From an uncultured Myxococcia bacterium (GTDB taxonomy: Bacteria > Myxococcota_A > UBA9042 > PHBI01): DNA of 64,000 bases. Where the stretch lies: assembly GCA_942493285.1 (NCBI GenBank), contig OW818691.1:950875-1014874 (forward strand), read 5' to 3'. The notes under the pieces are model-generated. The model searched no databases, was not told where the DNA came from, and worked only from the letters and a program-made list of their open reading frames with translations. A program made the position numbers and the translations under genes. Within the stretch, counting starts at the first letter, position 1; every line of letters starts with the position of its first letter. Below are positions 1 to 12,618 of this stretch, in pieces.

Positions 1-1
1 G

Positions 2-748
2 GATGGCGCGCACACGTTCGAACGGGTCTTCGATGTTGGCGCGCAGGTACTGGCCGACAGCCGTGATGCTCTGCGTGTGTTCTTCGGGGATGCCTGCGAC
101 CAGCGGGTGGATGGTGGCGGGTAGCGGCCAGGTGAGGTTGGTTCCGACGATGGGGCGGCCGGGCGGGAGCGGCATGCCGTCGGGCGAGGTGGGGCGAGCG
201 GCCGGGCTCTGAGTAGGGGGAGCGACGGTCGATGTCGTGGCTGACGCGGACGATGTGCCGCTCGGGGGCGGCAGGATGTCCTCGGCCTCGGGGTCGGGTG
301 CGTAGCCCTCCTTCTGCGCGAGCTCGAAGAGCCACTCGAAGCCGTCCGCCAGGTCGTGCAGACCACCTCGGATAGCGTCGGCCGTCGGCGTGGTCGAGCC
401 TGCGAGCCACCAGTCGCCGCGGGTCGCGAGCGCCTTGAAGGTCGTCGTGGCGTGGGTCAGCAGCACGACCACGAGGAAGACGAGCGAGATGAACGACGAG
501 CGCAGGATGGCGTCGCGGATACGCCCACCGCGCTGGTCGCGGTCCGCGACGAGCTCCCAGATGAGCGGGACGATGAAGAAGCAGGTGAAGGCGCCCACGA
601 GGACGAGCCAGAGCGGGCCGTCGTGGTAGACCGCGAGGCTCGAGGCGACCCACGCCCCAAAGCCTGCGATGGCGAGCGAGACCAGCACCCATAGGGCGTA
701 GAAGATGACGACCAGAGGGTGCATCTTCGTCGACGTAGGCGCGGCCAT
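2..748 (-). CDS. Membrane-anchored protein, partial (runs off the window start); probable transglutaminase-like/cysteine-peptidase family
   Basis: Not in the ORF track. Manual minus-strand translation from ATG 748 (GGGGAAG upstream) stays open to base 2: MAAPTSTKMHPLVVIFYALW..., three hydrophobic segments, a Pro/Ser/Thr linker, then WPLPATIHPLVAGIPEEHTQSITAVGQYLRANIEDPFERVRAI. That last segment resembles the region just before the catalytic core of myxobacterial transglutaminase-like proteins. The catalytic residues lie outside the window, so the product call is tentative. Confidence 0.65.
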   Translation of the reverse strand, partial: MAAPTSTKMHPLVVIFYALWVLVSLAIAGFGAWVASSLAVYHDGPLWLVLVGAFTCFFIVPLIWELVADRDQRGGRIRDAILRSSFISLVFLVVVLLTHATTTFKALATRGDWWLAGSTTPTADAIRGGLHDLADGFEWLFELAQKEGYAPDPEAEDILPPPSGTSSASATTSTVAPPTQSPAARPTSPDGMPLPPGRPIVGTNLTWPLPATIHPLVAGIPEEHTQSITAVGQYLRANIEDPFERVRAI

Positions 749-921
749 GGAGCTTCCCCAAATGGTTGCAGGACGCGGCGTACTACGGTGGAGCCTGTGC
801 GCGTGTCAATTGGCCCGTCCTGCCTGGCAGGGATCGTGGACGCCTCGGGTTTGGGCCGGGGCCGTCGGGGGCCGCCGCCCGGTCCCGGTTCCGCGAGCGG
901 CGCCGGGATCGGGCGTGGAAA

Positions 922-963
922 GAGTCCATTGGATCGATCGGATCCAAGAGATCCAATGGACTC
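922..963 (-). terminator. 14-bp perfect inverted repeat just after the EGF-lipoprotein stop codon; probable terminator or RNA-stabilising hairpin
   Basis: GAGTCCATTGGATC (922-935) and GATCCAATGGACTC (950-963), 14-nt loop; only three U residues follow on the minus strand. Confidence 0.5.
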
Positions 964-969
964 GATACC

Positions 970-3546
970 TCACTGCGAGAAGTTCATCGTGTTGCCGGTC
1001 TCGAGCTCGACGATGACGATGCCGACGCGGTCGGTCGCGACGAACAGGCGGTTCTCGGCGAGCGGCGAGAGGCACCACGGGCGGTCGATGAGCGTGCCGT
1101 CGTTCGTACCCAGGATCGGACCGCGCAGCTGGTTGGTCGGGTTGGTGTTGATGGGGCCCGCGTAGACGTTCTGGCCGCCCGAGCCGCTGCCCGTCTCGGG
1201 GTCGGGTCTCTGGTACATCCAGCCCCAGGTGTCGCCGCTGGCGGGGTCGAACAGCGCCGCGTCCGAGGGGGTCTGGGCCTCGTTGCCGCCGGCGACCCAG
1301 AGCTGGAGGTAGGGCAGGTAGAAGAAGGACCAGACGCCCGGGCCCGGGCCGGTACCCGCCGCGTCGCCAAAGATGCGGGTGCGGACACCGGTCGCGACGT
1401 TGATCTTGTAGATCGCGCCGGTCAGGAACGAGGTCCCGTAGATGACCCCGTCCTTGTAGCCCCAGCCCGAGTCGAGCGCTGGCATGTCGAAGCCCGAGCC
1501 CGGGCCGGCGGCGCCGTTGGCCGTGACCCAGCTGCAGGAAGAGCGGTCGTTGGCGACGCGGATGACGCCGTTGCCGCGGACCGTGAAGAGCATGTCGCCG
1601 TTCTCGGTGAGCTCGAACTGGTGATTGAAGATGTCGGGACGTAAGGCCATGTTGCCGGTTGGGCTGCCGCAGTGAGCCGCGCTGAACGCGGTGTCGCGGT
1701 CATTCCACCAGAGGGTGCGGTTGCCGGTGACGAGGTCGACCCGGTAGACCGAGCGCCCGAAGAGAGGGCTCGTGTCGGCGGCCGTGCTGCCGGGCACCGA
1801 GTCCTCGAAGACGTAGAGGAAGCCATCGGGGCCGAGCGCCAGGTCGAGGATGGTGTCGAAGGCGGTGCCCGTCCCCTTCTGATAGACGCCGGTGTTCGGG
1901 TCCAGGTACTCGCCCGAGATGAGCGTGCGGTTGGCGGTCGCGGGGTCCATGGCGAAGATGAAGCCGCGGCGCGAGTCACCGTTGTTCGCCCAGTTCACGC
2001 CGAAGTAGACGAGGTCGGCCGAGAAGTCGGTGGCGCAGCCCTTGATCTCGCCACTCGGGGCGTCAGCGGCGTTGACCCCCGTGCCGAGGTGGAGGTTGGC
2101 GAGCTCCATGGCGGTCGGCGCCGCACACAGGAGCGAGCCCGCCTGCGAGCCGTGCGGGCAGCGGCAGTCGACGGGGAACGAGGTCTTCTGGTTGGCCTGA
2201 AACCAGATCTGCTCGGGGCCGACAGGGCCGGCGCACTGCATGTTGGGGTAGGGCGAGTTGTCGGGGTCGGCGAGCGAGGAGATGCCACCGTCGCCAAAGC
2301 ACTGGGCGCTGCCATTGCTGTTGTAACAGAGGCCGAGACAGGTCTGGTCGGGTGAGGGTGCGCACTCGTTGATGTCGGCGCAGAAGTGGTAGTCGAGGAC
2401 GAAGCCCGCGTTGCAGGCGCACTCGAAGCTGCCCTCGGTGTTGGTGCAGATCTGCGAGCAGTCGTCGGCGTTGGTCGCACACTCGTCGACGTCGGCGCAG
2501 GTCCGGCCATCGCCGGTGAAGCCGGGAGCGCAGGTGCATGAGAAGCTACCCGGCGTGTTCTGGCAGCGCGCGTTGGGCGAGCAGTCGGCGACACCGTTGC
2601 CACACTCGTCGGTGTCCACACACGTGCCGCTCGCGTTCGTCTCGTAGCCGGCATTGCACGGGGTCGGGGCGCAGAAGAAGCCGTCGCCCTGGAAGCCGGT
2701 CTTGCAGCGGCAGAGGGCGCTGCCCTGCAGGTCGAGGCAGGTCGCGTCGGCGTGGCAGCTGATGGCCCCGGTCGTGCACTCGTTGATGTTGGCGCACGAG
2801 CCGTTTGCCCCGCGCGTGTAGCCGCTCGGGCAGGCGCACGTCCGGCCGTCGCCGATGAGCGGGGCTCTGCACTGGCAGGTATAGAGCTCGGCGCCATAGC
2901 GGTTGAAGCACTGGGCGTCATCGGAGCAGGTGTCGACGCCGGTGTAACACTCGTCGATGTCGCCACAGCGCCCGGCGTTGGTGCCAGAGAGCTTGAACTC
3001 GAGGCCGGGGCCGCAGTCGATGGCCGTGCAGGCGAAGCCATCGCCCTCGTAGCCGGCTTTGCAGAGGCATGTGTCGTTGCCAAAGCCGTTGCTGCAGGTC
3101 GCGTTGGGATCACACGTCACGGCCCCCGTCGCGCATTGGTCGATGTCCTTGCATGCGGTGCCCTCCAAGGTGGTGCCTGGCGGGCAGACACACGCGTTGT
3201 CGACGAGGACGAGGCCGCCCGAGTCGCACACACACTCGAAGCCACCCTGGTTGTTGAGGCAGCGGGCGAGCGGGTCGCAGTCGTCGAGGGCCTGATAGCA
3301 CTCGTCGATGTCCTGGCACTCGGAGGAGCCTGGCCTGGTCGTGTAGCCGGGTGGGCAGCCGTCGCAGGTCTGGGTCGCGGCGTTGGGTAGCGTGCCCGCA
3401 GGGCAGTAGCAGCCGGGGCCGTCAGGGCCGTTGGCGACGAAGATGGCGCCCGAGCCAGCGGGACATTCGGTGTCTTCTGCGGCTTCTTGTTCGCAGGCGG
3501 TCGCGAGCAAGGCGAGTCCTAGACTCAGGAGGAGGTGACGGCGCAT
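970..3546 (-). CDS. Lipoprotein with about 7 calcium-binding EGF-like repeats and a C-terminal probable beta-propeller
   Basis: Lipobox LLATAC. Repeats such as DIDEC...C..NARC.NTPGSFSCTCAPGFTGDGRTC. The C-terminal ~370 aa is beta-rich with propeller-like blades (LDLALGPDGFLYVF, IYKINVATGVRT). Confidence 0.85.
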   Translation of the reverse strand: MRRHLLLSLGLALLATACEQEAAEDTECPAGSGAIFVANGPDGPGCYCPAGTLPNAATQTCDGCPPGYTTRPGSSECQDIDECYQALDDCDPLARCLNNQGGFECVCDSGGLVLVDNACVCPPGTTLEGTACKDIDQCATGAVTCDPNATCSNGFGNDTCLCKAGYEGDGFACTAIDCGPGLEFKLSGTNAGRCGDIDECYTGVDTCSDDAQCFNRYGAELYTCQCRAPLIGDGRTCACPSGYTRGANGSCANINECTTGAISCHADATCLDLQGSALCRCKTGFQGDGFFCAPTPCNAGYETNASGTCVDTDECGNGVADCSPNARCQNTPGSFSCTCAPGFTGDGRTCADVDECATNADDCSQICTNTEGSFECACNAGFVLDYHFCADINECAPSPDQTCLGLCYNSNGSAQCFGDGGISSLADPDNSPYPNMQCAGPVGPEQIWFQANQKTSFPVDCRCPHGSQAGSLLCAAPTAMELANLHLGTGVNAADAPSGEIKGCATDFSADLVYFGVNWANNGDSRRGFIFAMDPATANRTLISGEYLDPNTGVYQKGTGTAFDTILDLALGPDGFLYVFEDSVPGSTAADTSPLFGRSVYRVDLVTGNRTLWWNDRDTAFSAAHCGSPTGNMALRPDIFNHQFELTENGDMLFTVRGNGVIRVANDRSSCSWVTANGAAGPGSGFDMPALDSGWGYKDGVIYGTSFLTGAIYKINVATGVRTRIFGDAAGTGPGPGVWSFFYLPYLQLWVAGGNEAQTPSDAALFDPASGDTWGWMYQRPDPETGSGSGGQNVYAGPINTNPTNQLRGPILGTNDGTLIDRPWCLSPLAENRLFVATDRVGIVIVELETGNTMNFSQ

Positions 3547-3806
3547 GGGTGACCCCTTGGGGTGGATGGTTGGAACGCGCCGGAGGACCGATGCCCCGGC
3601 GTGTCGCGACCGTAGACGGTTCGAGGCGCTTGCCTTGGGCAGGTGTCAGATGGGAGCAAGACGGACCAGCGCGCAGGCGCGTAAGCTCTCGAGGGGCGTC
3701 AGAACGGCGACAGATGGCGCTTCGGCGCGGACTGTCCGCTTTGGATCGGCCAACGGGAGGTGTAGTCGACGGATATCTCGAAAGTCGAGATATCTGGCGG
3801 CTGGCT

Positions 3807-4715
3807 TCAGGTCTCGTCGACGACCCGATCGCCTTTGTGAAGGAAGAGCTCGAAGTTGCCGGTGCCGTCTGCGCGCACCAGATCGGGGCGGATACGATGG
3901 CTTCGGAGCTTGCGCCGCAGGCGTGCGACGGCGGTGTCCCACCTGCGGCGGAGGGCGATGGCGTCGGTCTCGTCGTTCCAGATCTCGCTGCCGATGACGT
4001 CCCAGCCGACCGGCAGTCGCATGACGGCGAGCTCGGACAGGATGCGCGCCGAGATCCCGTCGATGGCCACGCTCGGCTCGTTGGTTCGGTGGACGTGGAC
4101 GGTGTCGTAGCGGACGATTAGCTGGAGCGGGTCGCCCACGCCAGCGCCGTGGGTCATCGCCTGACCGGCGTGTCCCAAGGGGGTCGCGACGGCTCGGAAG
4201 GTCTGGCCGCCCACTTCGAAGGTGTCGCCCTCGACGATCGGAACGGCTTCGGATGCAGCTCCCGGCGGTCCGAGTCGGATCAACCAGCCGAGACCGTCGC
4301 TCCAGAGGGTAGCGTCGCTGTCGTTTGCGAGGCCCGGGATCAGCTCGGGGCGTGGGCGGACGCGCAGCGACGAGACGCCTGACAACACCTGGCGCGCGAG
4401 CCCTTCGCCCTCGAGGGCCAGCACCGAGTCGGGCAGGATGACCTCGAGGACGGTGATGGCGAAGTAGGGGGTGAGCTGGATTTCCAGCTCGGGGGTCAGC
4501 TCGACCTCGGTGAGGGTCCTGTGGCCGACCGCGAAGCGGCCTCGCAGTGCGTAGAGCTTCAACACGCTTCCGCGCAGGCTCACCATGGCGTGAGCTTCCG
4601 AGATGGCAGGGTCGGAGATCGACAGGCCGGCCGACCAGGTCCGGCCGATCAGCTCGCCGGGGCCGAGCTCGGTGGTTCTGCCGTCTGGGAGTTGAAATCG
4701 TACAAAGGCGCGCAC
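3807..4715 (-). CDS. Transcriptional regulator with N-terminal FHA domain and C-terminal winged helix
   Basis: FHA motifs IGR...S..H (GRTWSAGLSISDPAISEAHA). C-terminal OmpR-like wHTH (ARILSELA...EIW...WDTAVARLRRKL...LVRADGTGNFEL). Start moved from 5096 to GTG 4715, which lies 7 nt after TGaTAGCTT. Confidence 0.8.
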   Translation of the reverse strand: MRAFVRFQLPDGRTTELGPGELIGRTWSAGLSISDPAISEAHAMVSLRGSVLKLYALRGRFAVGHRTLTEVELTPELEIQLTPYFAITVLEVILPDSVLALEGEGLARQVLSGVSSLRVRPRPELIPGLANDSDATLWSDGLGWLIRLGPPGAASEAVPIVEGDTFEVGGQTFRAVATPLGHAGQAMTHGAGVGDPLQLIVRYDTVHVHRTNEPSVAIDGISARILSELAVMRLPVGWDVIGSEIWNDETDAIALRRRWDTAVARLRRKLRSHRIRPDLVRADGTGNFELFLHKGDRVVDET

Positions 4716-4831
4716 GGGGTCGAAGCTATCACGCGATCGGGCGAGCTCGATAGCGCGTGCGAGGCCATGCCGCGACGAGGCTACTGCGGGGCGCTTGCCG
4801 TGCGCGGCCGTCCACGCGTACCGTTCGGGGC

Positions 4832-7800
4832 GTGCACAGGGACGAAGAACTTGGCGGCAGCGTCGTCGGCGCCGAGAGCGGCGTTCCGCTTGGCCTGAGT
4901 TCCGTCGCGCCTGACCGCGCACCGATATCGCAGGCGTCGCCGCCGAGGGCGTCGTCAGCGTCCGAGCGCGGGCGCTACGAGCGTCGGGGAGAGCTCGGTC
5001 GGGGCGGGATGGGACGGGTCGTGCTCGTCCACGACGCGGTCCTTGGCCGCGATGTTGCGATGAAGGAGATCGTCCCTGGTCAGGAGGGCGCCGCATTCGC
5101 CGCGCGACTCGAGCGTGAGGCCGCCATCACTGCGCGACTGGAGCACCCGAACATCGTGCCGGTCTACGACGCCGGCTACGATGCGCAGCGCGGACCTTAC
5201 TATACGATGAGAGTCGTTCGTGGTCGCTCACTCGCGGACGTCGTGCGTGAGAGCCCGGAGCGCGCCTCGCGTCTGCGCCTCTTGAGCCATGTCCTGGCGG
5301 CGAGCCAGGCGGTCGCGTGGGCCCACCGGCATGGGATCGTGCATCGCGACCTGAAGCCGTCGAACGTCATGGTAGGCGAGTTCGGCGAGACGCAGGTCGT
5401 AGACTGGGGGCTGGCTCGCGCCATCGTCGGCAGCGACTTCCCTATCGTTCGAGCTGAGCAGAATGGGCAGGCCGGGCGGACTGGGCACGCTGGGCCCGCC
5501 GCTTCCATGGAGGCCATCGGCGCGGAGCCTGAGTCCGAGGACCCGAACTTCACGGCCTGGGGTTCGGTCGTCGGCACGCCGCACTACATGAGCCCCGAGC
5601 AGGCGATGGGCGAGCCCGTCGATGCCCGCTCGGATGTCTGGGCACTGGGCTTCATCATCTATGAGGTCGTCACGGGGCGGCCCGTTCGCGACCCGAGCAG
5701 CGCGAGCGACGTCATCGCCCAAGCCCGCTCGGGACTGCCGATGTTGGCCCTCGACGAGCTCCCCGTCGAGCTCGCGGCCATCGTGCGGCGCGCGACCGAG
5801 ACGCGACGCGAGAGGCGCTATCCCGAGGCCAAGGAGCTCGCCGACGACCTCGCGAACTGGCTCGAAGGCCGTCGCGTCACAGCCCACAGCTATACGCCCT
5901 GGGAGCTCCTGCGCCGCGTGGTGAGCGCCTGGCGGGTACCACTCCTGATCGTGGGGCTCGCCCTCGTCGCGCTCGCCGTGGCCATCGGGCTCGGCTTTCG
6001 CAGCACCACCCTCGAGCGCGTGCGCGCCGAGGCGGCCGAGGCTCGGGCGACCTCGGCCCTTGGCCTGGCCGAAGCCGAGCTCGGGCGTGCGCTCGCTGAG
6101 TCGTCACGCGCGCTCGCCTCCGACGGACGTAGGCCCGAGGCGGAGATCATGGCCGCCGTCGCGCTTGGCCACCTCGAGACCCCAGAGGCCCGCGGGGTCC
6201 TCGCCTCGCTCGCGACCGGCCCACGACCGAGGCTCGTGGCGACTCACGTCCTGCCCGTGTGTGAGGGCATCACCTTGTCGAGCGACGGCCTCGAGCTTTT
6301 GTGTCGCGGCGAGGACGCGTTGTCGCGGCATACGCTCGGCGTGGCAGGACCCCGCTGGCGACGCGCAGGCGCCTCATCGTTCGTAGCCTGGTTCGAGCGC
6401 GAGGGCAGGGTACTGGTCAACGGCACCCAGAGCGGCTCGGAGGTCCTCGACGCGGCCACAGGGCAGTCGCTCGGGAAGAGTGAGGCGTGCTGCAATCGTC
6501 TCCAATCGACGCTCGAGGGCGACGCCGTCTTTGGGTTCGGACAACAGACCCTCGAGGTCGTTCGCGCCGCCGCCGGGCCGTCGGAGCTCATCGCCTCGAC
6601 ATGCAAAGAGGTGAGTGTTTTCGGTGCTTTCGAGCGCATCGCGGGACACGAGCGCTGGCTGCAGGTGTGCTTTGACGGGCGCTTCCGGGCGCAGGACTCG
6701 CGACACGGCCAGCGAACCGGCGAGCTCCTCGCGCCGGCAGGCCACGACCTGCACTTCGGGGTCGCGCTCGTGCCGGGTGCCGACGGCGCCCTCATCGGCT
6801 CCAACTCGGGTGAGCTCGCCTACCTCGAGCTCGCGACCGGCGCGCTCCGGTGGAGGCGACAGGTCGGCGTGGGCGTCGTCGGTCCCATCACCGTCTCGCC
6901 CGACGGCAGCATCGCGGCGTTTCGCGACGGGGCGCGCGGCATCGCGATCTGCGACGTCGTGAATGGCCACATGTATGGCCGCCTCCCGGCCACCGAGGAC
7001 CTCGGCTTGCGGTTTTTAGCCGGCCATCCCAGTCGGCTCGCGACCTGGGGCCGCGGGCGCCTGACGACCTGGGATCTCGAAGGTGGGTTGCCTGCGACGA
7101 TCCCGCTCGAGGGTGGCGCGGCCGCGCTCGACGTGAGCCGCGATGGGCGGCTCCTGGCGGTCGGCACCAGCGAGCACCTGGAGGTGTTCGCGCTCTCGAG
7201 CGGCGCTCGTGTCGTCGCGCGCCGCGAGGGAGTCGTCGTGAAGAGCGTCCTCTTCTCGCCCGACGGGGCTCGGGTCGCCGCCGGCCTGGGTCACGTCGAG
7301 CGCCGCGTCGCGGTGGTACTCGTCGATGGCAGCGAGCCCTACGAGCTCGGCCCTGTCGGCTTCACGCGCCGGCTTGCTTCCGCGAGCGGTGGCCGCGTCC
7401 TGCGTGTCGGGGACTTCGGCCGCTACCAGCTCCTCGACTGGGACGGCGAGCCTATCGCCACGGAGCCGACGCGTCACGCCGACCACGACCTCGCGGTCAG
7501 CGCCGACGGCCGACATGCGGTGCTCTTGCGCGACGAAGCGCGACGGGCGGTCATCGCCGACCTGGGGGTCGCGCCGCTCTGGCGGGAGCTCGCAGCCGAG
7601 TCGTCCTGGGCCGCGGCCGCTCCCGACTCGTATGGGCTGCGTTGGGCGTTCGTCAGCGGGTCCACCGTCGAGGTGGTCGACGATTACGGGGAGCTCGTCG
7701 CCGTGTTCGCCGGCGATAGGGATGCGCAGCTCACCGATGTCGCCTGGTCACCCGACGACCGATGGGTCGCCAGTGGCACCCGACGCGGCGTCGTCTACGT

Positions 7801-8026
7801 CTGGTCCGCAGCCGACCGGGCGTTGCGACTCTCCATCCACGCTCACGCCGATCAGGTCGGCGCGCTCGCCTTCGACCCGCTCGGTCGCTGGCTCGCCAGC
7901 GCGTCCTGGGATGGCACGGTCCGCTTCGCGTCGCTCGAAGTCATCGCGCCATCACCAGCGATGCTGCGCGCCGAGGCCGAGCGCAACTGGGCGTCGACCT
8001 GGGACGCCATGGTGCGCGCGCGTTAG
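4832..8026 (+). CDS. Ser/Thr protein kinase with a transmembrane segment and WD40/beta-propeller repeats
   Basis: LGRGGMGRV, VAMK, HRDLKPSN, DWG, GTPHYMSPEQ, DVWALG; TM VPLLIVGLALVALAVAIGLGF; WD40 repeat HADQVGALAFDPLGRWLASASWDGTVRF. Start inferred at GTG 4832 (ORF track 4757). Confidence 0.9.
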   Translation: MHRDEELGGSVVGAESGVPLGLSSVAPDRAPISQASPPRASSASERGRYERRGELGRGGMGRVVLVHDAVLGRDVAMKEIVPGQEGAAFAARLEREAAITARLEHPNIVPVYDAGYDAQRGPYYTMRVVRGRSLADVVRESPERASRLRLLSHVLAASQAVAWAHRHGIVHRDLKPSNVMVGEFGETQVVDWGLARAIVGSDFPIVRAEQNGQAGRTGHAGPAASMEAIGAEPESEDPNFTAWGSVVGTPHYMSPEQAMGEPVDARSDVWALGFIIYEVVTGRPVRDPSSASDVIAQARSGLPMLALDELPVELAAIVRRATETRRERRYPEAKELADDLANWLEGRRVTAHSYTPWELLRRVVSAWRVPLLIVGLALVALAVAIGLGFRSTTLERVRAEAAEARATSALGLAEAELGRALAESSRALASDGRRPEAEIMAAVALGHLETPEARGVLASLATGPRPRLVATHVLPVCEGITLSSDGLELLCRGEDALSRHTLGVAGPRWRRAGASSFVAWFEREGRVLVNGTQSGSEVLDAATGQSLGKSEACCNRLQSTLEGDAVFGFGQQTLEVVRAAAGPSELIASTCKEVSVFGAFERIAGHERWLQVCFDGRFRAQDSRHGQRTGELLAPAGHDLHFGVALVPGADGALIGSNSGELAYLELATGALRWRRQVGVGVVGPITVSPDGSIAAFRDGARGIAICDVVNGHMYGRLPATEDLGLRFLAGHPSRLATWGRGRLTTWDLEGGLPATIPLEGGAAALDVSRDGRLLAVGTSEHLEVFALSSGARVVARREGVVVKSVLFSPDGARVAAGLGHVERRVAVVLVDGSEPYELGPVGFTRRLASASGGRVLRVGDFGRYQLLDWDGEPIATEPTRHADHDLAVSADGRHAVLLRDEARRAVIADLGVAPLWRELAAESSWAAAAPDSYGLRWAFVSGSTVEVVDDYGELVAVFAGDRDAQLTDVAWSPDDRWVASGTRRGVVYVWSAADRALRLSIHAHADQVGALAFDPLGRWLASASWDGTVRFASLEVIAPSPAMLRAEAERNWASTWDAMVRAR

Positions 8027-8049
8027 TGCTCTGACCGCAGCGCTTCGAT

Positions 8050-10512
<2,463 letters not shown>

Positions 10513-10607
10513 TCCTGGGCTGCTCTTCGCCCGGCACCAGGACTCGGTTCAGGTGGCGCGGGGCGCGGGGGTGTGGGGTGCCGGGGCGCAAGTGCCGCCC
10601 CGTGCGC

Positions 10608-11867
10608 TCAAGCGGAAGCGGCTTCTTTGTCGTAGACGATCATGGGCTTGGTCTTGCCCATGATGACGTCCTCGTTCACCACGACCTCTTTCGCGGAGGT
10701 CATGGACGGGATGTCGTACATGACCTCGAGCATCACGTTCTCGAGGATGCTGCGCAGTCCGCGCGCGCCGGTCTTGCGCTCGAGGGCCTTCTTGGCCACC
10801 GCGCGCAGTGCCGTCTCGGTGAAGGTCAGCCGCACGCCGTCCATCTCGAGGAGGCGCTTGAACTGGCGCGTCACGGCGTTCTTGGGCTCGACGAGGATAC
10901 GCATGAGCGCCTCCTCGTTGAGCTCGTGCAGGGTCGCCGCGACCGGGAGACGGCCGACGAACTCTGGGATGAGGCCGAACTTGATGAGATCCTCGGGCTC
11001 CACCTGCTCGAGTACCTCGCCGACCGACCAGTCCATCTTCACGCCCTTGGCGCGCTCGGAGGTGAAGCCCATCGACTTCTTGCCGATGCGTCGCTCGATG
11101 ACCTTGTCGAGACCGACGAAGGCACCGCCGCAGATGAACAGGATGTTGGTCGTGTCCATCTGCAGGAATTCCTGCTGCGGATGCTTACGACCACCCTTGG
11201 GCGGGACGTTGGCGACCGTGCCCTCGATGATCTTGAGCAAGGCCTGCTGCACACCTTCGCCCGAAACATCGCGTGTAATCGAAGGGTTGTCGGACTTGCG
11301 GCCGATCTTGTCGATCTCGTCGATGTAGACGATGCCGCGCAGCGCGCGCTCGATGTCGTGGTCTGCGTTCTGCAGGAGCGACACGAGGATGTTCTCGACG
11401 TCCTCGCCCACGTAGCCGGCTTCGGTCAGCGTCGTCGCGTCCACGATGGCGAACGGGACCTTGAGGAGGCGCGCGAGCGTCTGAGCGAGCAGGGTCTTGC
11501 CCGTGCCGGTCGGACCGAGCAGCAGGATGTTGGACTTCTGCAGCTCGATCTCCTCGCGGTGGTTCTCCTTCGCGTCGATACGTTTGTAGTGGTTGTAGAC
11601 CGCGACCGAGAGGATCTTCTTGGCCTTCTCCTGGCCGATGACGTACTCGTCCAGAACACGCCTGATTTCGGCGGGTTTGGGGATGGACGACAAGCCGGAG
11701 TAGGTGTCCTCTTTCTGGACTTCCTCGGCGATGATGTCGTTGCAGAGGCCGATGCACTCATCGCAGATGTAGACCGTGGGCCCGGCGATGAGCTTTTTGA
11801 CCTCCTTCTGGCTCTTGCCGCAGAAGGAACAGCAGAGGTTGGTACTGTCTCGACGTCTATCCACCAA
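10608..11867 (-). CDS. clpX: ATP-dependent Clp protease ATP-binding subunit ClpX
   Basis: Zinc finger CSFCGK...[40 protein letters not shown]. Confidence 0.98.
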   Translation of the reverse strand: MVDRRRDSTNLCCSFCGKSQKEVKKLIAGPTVYICDECIGLCNDIIAEEVQKEDTYSGLSSIPKPAEIRRVLDEYVIGQEKAKKILSVAVYNHYKRIDAKENHREEIELQKSNILLLGPTGTGKTLLAQTLARLLKVPFAIVDATTLTEAGYVGEDVENILVSLLQNADHDIERALRGIVYIDEIDKIGRKSDNPSITRDVSGEGVQQALLKIIEGTVANVPPKGGRKHPQQEFLQMDTTNILFICGGAFVGLDKVIERRIGKKSMGFTSERAKGVKMDWSVGEVLEQVEPEDLIKFGLIPEFVGRLPVAATLHELNEEALMRILVEPKNAVTRQFKRLLEMDGVRLTFTETALRAVAKKALERKTGARGLRSILENVMLEVMYDIPSMTSAKEVVVNEDVIMGKTKPMIVYDKEAASA

Positions 11868-11935
11868 TCAACTCCTGCTCTTCGTCTGCCTCAGTGTCGC
11901 ACCGTCGCTCGTGCTCGGCTGGCCGGACATCGAGG

Positions 11936-11964
11936 ACGATAGTCGATAGACACCTGTGACACAA
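11936..11964 (-). promoter_or_regulatory. Candidate sigma70-type promoter upstream of clpX
   Basis: Minus strand TTGTGT-N17-TATCGT in the clpP-clpX gap; motif match only. Confidence 0.3.
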
Positions 11965-12033
11965 TGTCCAAACCCGATTGAGCCGGGCCCCGAAACCTTG
12001 GGAAAAACCCCAGTCGCAACCAGAGGGTAGACT

Positions 12034-12618
12034 TCAGGTCTTGCGGGCCACAATCTGGTCCACGATTCCGTATTCGACGGCCTGGGTCGGCCGAAGGAAG
12101 AAGTCGCGGTCGGTATCGGTCCGCAGCTTGTCGATGGGCTGGCCCGTGTGGCGCGACACGACCTCGAGGAGCTGGCCCTTGAGGAAGAGGACCTCACGCG
12201 CGGCGATCTCGATGTCGGTCGCCTGGCCGCCGAGCCCACCATGAGGCTGGTGCAGCATGATGCGTGCGTGTGGCAGGGCATAACGTTTGCCCTTGGCGCC
12301 GGCCGCGAGCAGGACCGCCGCCATCGAGGCCGCCTGACCGAGGCAGATGGTCGAGACCGGGCTCGAGATGAACTGCATCGTGTCGTAGATGGCCATGCCG
12401 GCCGTGATCGAGCCGCCCGGGCTGTTGATGTAGATGTTGATCTCTTTGTCCGGGTCATCGCTGTCCAGGTACAGGAGCTGCGCGATGATGGCGTTGGCCG
12501 TGAAGTCGTCGATGGCCGTGCCGAGGAAGATGATGCGGTCCTTGAAGAGCCGTGAGAACGGATCCCAGGCCGTCTTGCCCGTGTGCGTCTGCTCGATGAT
12601 GTTCGGGATGTAAGTCAA
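12034..12618 (-). CDS. clpP: ATP-dependent Clp protease proteolytic subunit ClpP
   Basis: [21 protein letters not shown] (Ser), IMLHQP (His), DTDRDFFL (Asp). Start moved to TTG 12618 ([10 protein letters not shown]). Confidence 0.97.
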   Translation of the reverse strand: MTYIPNIIEQTHTGKTAWDPFSRLFKDRIIFLGTAIDDFTANAIIAQLLYLDSDDPDKEINIYINSPGGSITAGMAIYDTMQFISSPVSTICLGQAASMAAVLLAAGAKGKRYALPHARIMLHQPHGGLGGQATDIEIAAREVLFLKGQLLEVVSRHTGQPIDKLRTDTDRDFFLRPTQAVEYGIVDQIVARKT

